From Planctopirus limnophila DSM 3776 (GTDB taxonomy: Bacteria > Planctomycetota > Planctomycetia > Planctomycetales > Planctomycetaceae), in assembly GCF_000092105.1 (NCBI RefSeq), contig NC_014148.1:510001-542000 (forward strand): a stretch of 32,000 nt of DNA. Direction: 5' to 3'. The position numbers and the translations under genes are program-made. Under the pieces are notes generated by a model. The model did not search any database. It saw only the letters and a program-made list of their open reading frames with translations, and was not told where the DNA came from. Positions 26,619-32,000 of this stretch are shown here, piece after piece (the first letter of the stretch is position 1; each line of letters starts with the position of its first letter).

Positions 26619-28466
26619 TTAGAAGCCTGGCGGCAGTTCCGTTGTGGTCTGAGAGACCAGCGATGTTGACGGTGCCACAACCACTGGCTGGCCGGTTCTG
26701 GTGGGAGCCGGTGGAACATGCATGTTTGTTGCTGAGGTTTCGAGATTTGTGGCCGGTGACGAGGGCTGTTGGATCACTCCCGGCAACACCAGCGTTTCCG
26801 TGGGTGTCGAAAGTACCTGAATTGGCGTGCCACTGCGGTTGGATGTTGTCGCGGGAGCAGTCGTCGTGTGCGATGCACTCACCACGGTTGGTTCCTGCGG
26901 GGGAGGTGTAAAGGCTGGAACCTGAGCTGGTGCTGACGTTTCTACAGGCGAAACTTCTTTACGACTGGTGGCATTCGTCATCGGCAATGGATGATAGCTG
27001 ACAGGGAAGATCGTTTCCGATGTTCCGGGATTTGGCACCGAACTGACCATGGGCGAACGAACAGCCGCTGGTTGCTGCTGGTACAATGGTGGCGTAAATG
27101 TCGTCGCATGGTTCTGTGTTGCGAAATTCTGTGTCGCCGGTGCCATCATGGCCTGGGCGCCGTATGTAGTTTGTGGCTGCGAAGCTTGTGGAATCACCAT
27201 GGCCGTCATGCCATTCGCTGGTACTCCATAGTTTTGAGGCCACTGATAAACCACCTGCATCGGTTGAGTCTGAACGGGCTGTGCCTGAGTCACAACGCCC
27301 TGTGGAAGCATGGCAGGCTGAACTCCCGCTGGCTGTGACATCACCGGCTGGTAAGAAACCTGGTATTGCTGGGGAACCTGTTGCTGAGCAACCTGTCCCT
27401 GCGGCACCAAGAAGGCGACTGGCTGTGGAAGAATCACATACCGATATCCTGGGACCGGTGATGGAGCCTGTGCAGGTGCCTGCCACTGCACCATATTCCC
27501 TTGTGGCATCGCCGAAACCTGGCTGGCCATGGCGAATTGAGCAGGTGCATTCATCGCAGGTGAAGCTGCAATCGGTGTCGGCTGGCGAGCCGGAATGGGC
27601 TGCAATGCTGGTCGATGCTGAGCCACCTGATTGATAGCCGGTTGGTTCTGGGCCTGCTGCTGGACAGCCTGATGGGCGTTTTGCGGGGCCCGCCGGGCGA
27701 TTGAAGTTGGTGCAGCAGTCGGAGAGACAGGGGTTTTCTGGCCGGACGCGATTGGGTGCAGAACTGAAGGGACTTTGGGCATCGACTGAGCAAGCTGTGT
27801 AGCAGGCATACTTCCCGGATGAGCCTGGTTGGCCGTCGCCATGAGTTTCGCCTGCACATCCGGCTGATGCACATTCGCCGCCAATGATTGTTGATACATC
27901 TGGCTGGCCATAGCCACATTCCCCTGAGCCTGATGGATCTCGCCCAGTTGCGCTAGAACTTTGGGCTCGTTGGGCTGGACTCGCAGTGCCTGCTGCAATG
28001 TCTGCTGAGCTGCACTCAGATCACCTGTCTTCTGTTGAGCCGAGGCCAGGCCGACATAAGCATCAGGATTGTAAGGCTGTGAACCCACCCAGGTCTGCAT
28101 CACTCCGACAGCTTCGGAAGAGCGTCCCGTATCGATCATCAGACGTGAGAGCGCTGCGTAAGTCGGTTCGTGCGAAGGATCAATGGTTAAATTGTGCTGC
28201 AGAATCTGTTCAGCCTCAGCCACTTGTCCAAGTCGCGATTGGGCCACAGCCAGATTGAAACGATAGTCAGGATTGAGCGGGTCGTCATAGACGGCTCTGG
28301 CAAACTCATTGCGAGCCATTTCAAACTCACCGCGCTGGTAGTACGCCGCACCAGAACTGTTCATCACCCAGCCACTCATGGGGGCACAACCAACAGTAGA
28401 TCCAATTGCCCAGGCCAGACTGGCAGCACAGGCAAAACGACGAATGTTGACAAGACGAACAGGCAT
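26619..28466 (-). CDS. TPR-repeat putative lipoprotein with a long Q/P/A/S/T-rich low-complexity C-terminal region
   Basis: 615 aa. Signal peptide ending STVGC (lipobox-like). About 200 aa of TPR repeats (AYYQRGEFEMARNEFARAV..., YVGLASAQQKTGDLSAAQQTLQQAL...). Then about 400 aa of biased composition. Shadow ORFs on both strands fit a low-complexity coding region. Confidence 0.85.
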   Translation of the reverse strand: MPVRLVNIRRFACAASLAWAIGSTVGCAPMSGWVMNSSGAAYYQRGEFEMARNEFARAVYDDPLNPDYRFNLAVAQSRLGQVAEAEQILQHNLTIDPSHEPTYAALSRLMIDTGRSSEAVGVMQTWVGSQPYNPDAYVGLASAQQKTGDLSAAQQTLQQALRVQPNEPKVLAQLGEIHQAQGNVAMASQMYQQSLAANVHQPDVQAKLMATANQAHPGSMPATQLAQSMPKVPSVLHPIASGQKTPVSPTAAPTSIARRAPQNAHQAVQQQAQNQPAINQVAQHRPALQPIPARQPTPIAASPAMNAPAQFAMASQVSAMPQGNMVQWQAPAQAPSPVPGYRYVILPQPVAFLVPQGQVAQQQVPQQYQVSYQPVMSQPAGVQPAMLPQGVVTQAQPVQTQPMQVVYQWPQNYGVPANGMTAMVIPQASQPQTTYGAQAMMAPATQNFATQNHATTFTPPLYQQQPAAVRSPMVSSVPNPGTSETIFPVSYHPLPMTNATSRKEVSPVETSAPAQVPAFTPPPQEPTVVSASHTTTAPATTSNRSGTPIQVLSTPTETLVLPGVIQQPSSPATNLETSATNMHVPPAPTRTGQPVVVAPSTSLVSQTTTELPPGF

Positions 28467-28517
28467 CGGAAAACTCCGGAGTTCGCTGCAGCGGGCAGGA
28501 ATGGGCAGCAGTGAGGT

Positions 28518-28568
28518 GAGAAAGAAACAGTGTGGAGAGAGAAACAGCGTGGAGAGAAAACAGATTCA
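28518..28568. repeat. Imperfect 17-nt tandem repeat (about 3 copies) upstream of the TPR lipoprotein gene
   Basis: GAGAAAGAAACAGTGTG (28518-28534), GAGAGAGAAACAGCGTG (28535-28551), GAGAGAAAACAGATTCA (28552-28568). Lies 52-102 nt upstream of the minus-strand ATG at 28466. Confidence 0.6.
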
Positions 28569-29017
28569 GGCAGGAAGTGATCGCTACCGGTATCAGAAGC
28601 TGAATACAGGCGAGCTCACGGTTCACAGGTAATGAGAGTTGGGGCAAGGGCAGGAGCAGGTGGCGGGAAGAAAACAGGCACGTATCAAGATTGCCTGTGA
28701 TGCTTTTCAAGGTGCGAAACCCTGACCAACCCGACGAGCATTCTCGATAGTTCCACAAGGTGTATGCCATCTATTCAAGTGGATCAAGACGAACTTGAGT
28801 CGATTTAACGGCAGATTCTGCAGGCCGCAACAAGTGCAGAATCTCTCTCTCAGGCGTCATCGATAAACTCCCGTTGCTCCCCAAGCCCTTCTACAGCTAC
28901 AGTCCTCGTGGCGTAAATCCCTGACGAACAGGACTGCGCCGATATCGGAAGTCGTTTCTTGGCTGCACACCGCTGGTGAGCAGCGAGCGAGACTTCCAAA
29001 AATCATGAATTGCGTTC

Positions 29018-30874
29018 ATGCGGAATGGATTCTGCCTGATGATGCTGACAACTCGACAACGATGGGGTCTCTTGCTGGCCGTGGGGCTGGTCTTTTTCAC
29101 TGGCCTGGGAAGCCCCTGGCTCTTTGATGAAGATGAGCCTAAAAATGCCGAGTGCGGCCGTGAAATGTATGTTCGCGGCGACTGGCTCGTCCCCACATTC
29201 AACGAAGATCTCCGCACTGACAAACCCATTCTCATCTATTGGTTGATGCTGACCTCGTTCCACCTCTTTGGTGTTTCCGAACTCACCGCCCGGCTGCACT
29301 CCTCCATCTTGTCTGTAGGAAGTGTCCTGCTTGTCTGGCAGTTGGGAAAATCACTCTTCAGATCAGAAACTGGTCTCTTGGCAGGTTTGATTCTCGGCAC
29401 GAGCCTGATGTTCGCCGCCGTTGGTCGATCAGTCACCCCCGATGCCACGTTAATCTTTTGCATCCTGCTGACAATGACCGCTTATGTCACTGCCGTCGCC
29501 CGTCGTCATGGCGGAAGATTCGGCCAGGCCGATAGTGATGGCAATGTGGTGGCTCAAAGATTGTGGGGTGAATACGTTCCCCAATCGACCTGGGAGTTCG
29601 CCAGCATCTATGCCAGCATGGGATTAGCGATCCTCGCCAAGGGCCCAATTGGTTTTCTGTTGCCCATGGCAATCTGGGGGCAGTTCCTCTTGTTGCAAAG
29701 GTATCGAGACCGCACTGAGTGCGGAAACAGCGTCATCGATGCCAGGCAGCATTGGTTGAGCCGGACATTCCTCATGACGTGGGAGTTGTACCATCCCCGT
29801 GCCTTCTGGGAGGCACTCCGCGAGATGCGAGTCGTTCAAGGAACGATGATAACAGCGCTCGTGGCCTTGCCCTGGTACATTGCCGTCGGGTTTGCGACTC
29901 AAGGAGCGTGGCTCGCAGGTTTTCTTGGCGGGCATAATGTCGATCGCTTCATGCGGCCGATGGAGAATCACTCTGGCCCTATCATCTACTACATTCCCGT
30001 AATTGCTTTGGGCTTCTTCCCCTGGTCGATTTTTCTGCCGGCAGGGATCTGGCAGATGACCCGGCAAGTGCGAAAACCTTCAAACGACCGTGCGGCAGTC
30101 ACCTTTGTCGCCACCTGGGCCATGGTCTGGATTGGTTTCTTTTCGCTGGCCAGCACCAAATTGCCCAACTATGTCCTGCCCAGCTATCCGGCCCTCGCCT
30201 TACTTGTAGCCAATTACCTTTCTGAATGGATGCAGGAAGCCTCTCACATCCGTTCGCTGGGATTTCGCAATGCCTGCCGGCTCCTTTCGGTGGTTGGCAT
30301 CGTCGCTATTCCAGCCCTGATCTACGCCACCAGCATTTACCTGCCGAATGAAGTCTGGCTTGCCAGTCTGGGGGTCATTCCTCTGGTTGGTGGAGTCCTC
30401 GCTTTCAGTGCTGCTCAAAAGGCATTAAGGCATCGAGCCGTTGCGATCTGCTGTGCTTCGGCACTGCTGCTTTCTTTAGGCATGATGGGCGTCGCTGCCC
30501 CACGCATCAGCCGCTACCAGGATTCTCCTCAATTGGCCAAACTGATCCGGCATGAAGCCAACGGACGCCCGGTGCGGATCGCGACACACAATTATTCAGC
30601 CCCCAATGTCGTCTTTTATGCGGCACAACGCATCGAAAGGCTCGATTCTCCCAAAGACATTACAAAGTTCTTCCATGAGGCTCCCGAAGGTTATCTGATT
30701 ACCCGGGCGGATCGCATGGAAGACATTGTCGATGCGCTCCCTCAGGAGATCACGATTCTGCACCGCATGCCCAGATTTCTACGCCGGCATGACCTGATTG
30801 TGCTGGGCAATCAGAGTAAAGCCGCATCGATGACCGCTGCCGCACAGGATCTGGATCGTCTCCGCTGGCAATAA
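29018..30874 (+). CDS. GT-C fold glycosyltransferase, family 39 (ArnT/PMT_2-like)
   Basis: 618 aa, more than 10 TM helices. First-loop motif LFDEDEPKNAECGREMYVRGDWLVPTFNEDLRTDKPILIYWLM is typical of ArnT/PMT-type polyprenyl-phosphate-sugar transferases. Has a C-terminal soluble domain. Confidence 0.87.
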   Translation: MRNGFCLMMLTTRQRWGLLLAVGLVFFTGLGSPWLFDEDEPKNAECGREMYVRGDWLVPTFNEDLRTDKPILIYWLMLTSFHLFGVSELTARLHSSILSVGSVLLVWQLGKSLFRSETGLLAGLILGTSLMFAAVGRSVTPDATLIFCILLTMTAYVTAVARRHGGRFGQADSDGNVVAQRLWGEYVPQSTWEFASIYASMGLAILAKGPIGFLLPMAIWGQFLLLQRYRDRTECGNSVIDARQHWLSRTFLMTWELYHPRAFWEALREMRVVQGTMITALVALPWYIAVGFATQGAWLAGFLGGHNVDRFMRPMENHSGPIIYYIPVIALGFFPWSIFLPAGIWQMTRQVRKPSNDRAAVTFVATWAMVWIGFFSLASTKLPNYVLPSYPALALLVANYLSEWMQEASHIRSLGFRNACRLLSVVGIVAIPALIYATSIYLPNEVWLASLGVIPLVGGVLAFSAAQKALRHRAVAICCASALLLSLGMMGVAAPRISRYQDSPQLAKLIRHEANGRPVRIATHNYSAPNVVFYAAQRIERLDSPKDITKFFHEAPEGYLITRADRMEDIVDALPQEITILHRMPRFLRRHDLIVLGNQSKAASMTAAAQDLDRLRWQ

Positions 30875-30879
30875 AAAGC

Positions 30880-31959
30880 TCAATCAGAAGTCATTGGCCC
30901 GACATGCACGATCACCTGATCGTGCATTGTGTAAAGGCGATAGCGCAATCCATCGTGGACGATGATTCCGCTCGACTTATTTTCATCAATCGGCCTGAGT
31001 GGCCCGCCCGGATACTTCTCCCAGTGGTGTAAGTCGGTCGAGCGTGCCAGACCTGTCGCCCAGCGACGAGGTGTGGTGGCATCTCCCGAGCCGTGAAACA
31101 CCATGTAGTACATCCCTCCATGACGAAACACCTGATTCGCAGCAATCTGCAGGCGATCAAAATCCTGGGGCCCACAAACCATTACAGGGTCGTCCTGGAC
31201 CAGTTGCCAGACTTTGCCATCTGCAGACGTGGCGTGCCAGATCCCCAGATCCCGCCGCTCGTAGAACAGGTGCCATTGATTACCTTCAATCCACAATGTC
31301 GGTGTCCCATAAGGACCCGGCTCAATTGGTTCACCTGACCTTTTGCGGATGTCCACTTGTCCCAGATGCGACCACTCGATTCCATTTTGTGATTGAAACC
31401 ACTGCATCTGATCCCCTTCCCCTTCCGCGAACATCAGGAAAGGAGCAGAGGACGTGTTTTTCTGGCTGTTGTGCGTACGAACACACACATCTTCCACCCA
31501 ACGGCCGGGAATCAGTGGTTCAGGCTGACTCCGTTCAAATCGCAAACCATCTTTGGAATGTGCCAATCCCAGTTGTCGAATGCCGGTTTTGCTACCGTCG
31601 TAGCCTGTGTAATACAGTCGCCAGTCGTCAGGAGAGAGCCGCAGGATATCCCCTCGTTCACGAATTCGAGCATCCCAGGCCGGTTTTTCCTGGCTGGAAA
31701 GTTCTTGCGATGTCGGTAAACCTCGACCTGTAAAAATGGGCTCTAATGAAAGAGGCGTAAATTCTGTAAGTGCTCGCGGCCAAGGTCGCGCAGGTGGCAC
31801 AGAAGAGATGTTATCTTCCGCGATCACCCACCGCTGGCTCATGAGAATCACCGCACAACTGGCCAGCAGAAATCGATGCATCGCTTTTTGCCACATTTCA
31901 GAGATCACAGGGAGACTCCCGTCTGTCGATCTTTTCGCCAACCAGCCTGATTCGTACAC
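30880..31959 (-). CDS. Secreted beta-propeller glycosidase-like protein (GH43/GH130/DUF377-like)
   Basis: 359 aa. Repeated blade-like motifs (WRLYYTGYDG...LGLAHSKDGLRFER; WHLFYERRD...WHATSADGKVWQ; MYYMVFHG...GLARSTDLHHWEKY). Signal-like MHRFLLASCAVILMS. Coding is confident, but the family assignment is approximate. The start is probably an internal Met. Confidence 0.6.
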   Translation of the reverse strand: MYESGWLAKRSTDGSLPVISEMWQKAMHRFLLASCAVILMSQRWVIAEDNISSVPPARPWPRALTEFTPLSLEPIFTGRGLPTSQELSSQEKPAWDARIRERGDILRLSPDDWRLYYTGYDGSKTGIRQLGLAHSKDGLRFERSQPEPLIPGRWVEDVCVRTHNSQKNTSSAPFLMFAEGEGDQMQWFQSQNGIEWSHLGQVDIRKRSGEPIEPGPYGTPTLWIEGNQWHLFYERRDLGIWHATSADGKVWQLVQDDPVMVCGPQDFDRLQIAANQVFRHGGMYYMVFHGSGDATTPRRWATGLARSTDLHHWEKYPGGPLRPIDENKSSGIIVHDGLRYRLYTMHDQVIVHVGPMTSD

Positions 31960-32000
31960 TGTAGGGGGCCCATGGTTTTACCAGCGATCCGACCTTGATT

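Noticed and set aside
26959-27919. Cluster of 100-175-aa ORFs on both strands within 26.9-27.9 kb
   Set aside because: They overlap the Q/P/A-rich low-complexity part of the 615-aa TPR lipoprotein gene. Repetitive codon composition keeps several frames open. The long frame with signal peptide plus TPR domain is the coherent one.
1-32000. Scan for CRISPR arrays, transposase or integrase genes, rRNA genes and prophage modules
   Set aside because: No spaced identical repeats of 24 nt or more, no recombinase-like ORFs, and no obvious compositional island. The holin-X-like gene sits in a stress-protein context rather than a phage lysis cassette.

Overview
This window looks like ordinary chromosomal DNA at about 50-55% GC, densely coding, with no integrase, transposase, CRISPR array, rRNA or convincing tRNA. 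The gene content (GFTLIE prepilin, fused cytochrome b/c, GT39, many GspE paralogs) suggests a Planctomycetota-like genome, but that is inference, not a search result.

Layout:
- **1-7544 (minus strand):** a type IV pilus motor locus. It holds a truncated prepilin gene missed by the ORF track, then pilC, pilB, pilT, and a second, separately terminated GspE-family ATPase.
- **7545-8759:** a 1.2-kb gap poor in coding sequence and rich in hairpins.
- **8760-11519:** a DUF4112 protein and a GH13/CBM48 glucan enzyme.
- **11636-13997 (minus strand):** an array of small tail-anchored stress proteins (YqjD/YqjE/YqjK-like, a CsbD fusion, DUF1328).
- **14136-15287:** a second structured gap.
- **15288-19085:** nrnA-like DHH phosphoesterase, Rieske protein and a cytochrome b / subunit IV / dihaem c fusion.
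- **19103-24882 (minus strand):** a compact co-directional cluster of histidine kinase, stand-alone receiver, STAS protein, GspE ATPase and GspF platform.
- **25262-31959:** xseA, a TPR lipoprotein with a roughly 400-aa Q/P/S/T-rich tail, a divergent GT39 glycosyltransferase, and a beta-propeller glycosidase-like protein.

The best candidate for an unusual system is the HK-RR-STAS-GspE-GspF module. It is an ATPase/platform pair with no fibre, secretin or alignment genes nearby, and it sits under three apparent regulatory inputs: phosphorelay, a STAS partner-switch component and a perfect MshEN c-di-GMP motif. I cannot establish novelty without database searches. All family assignments come from motif recognition by eye.
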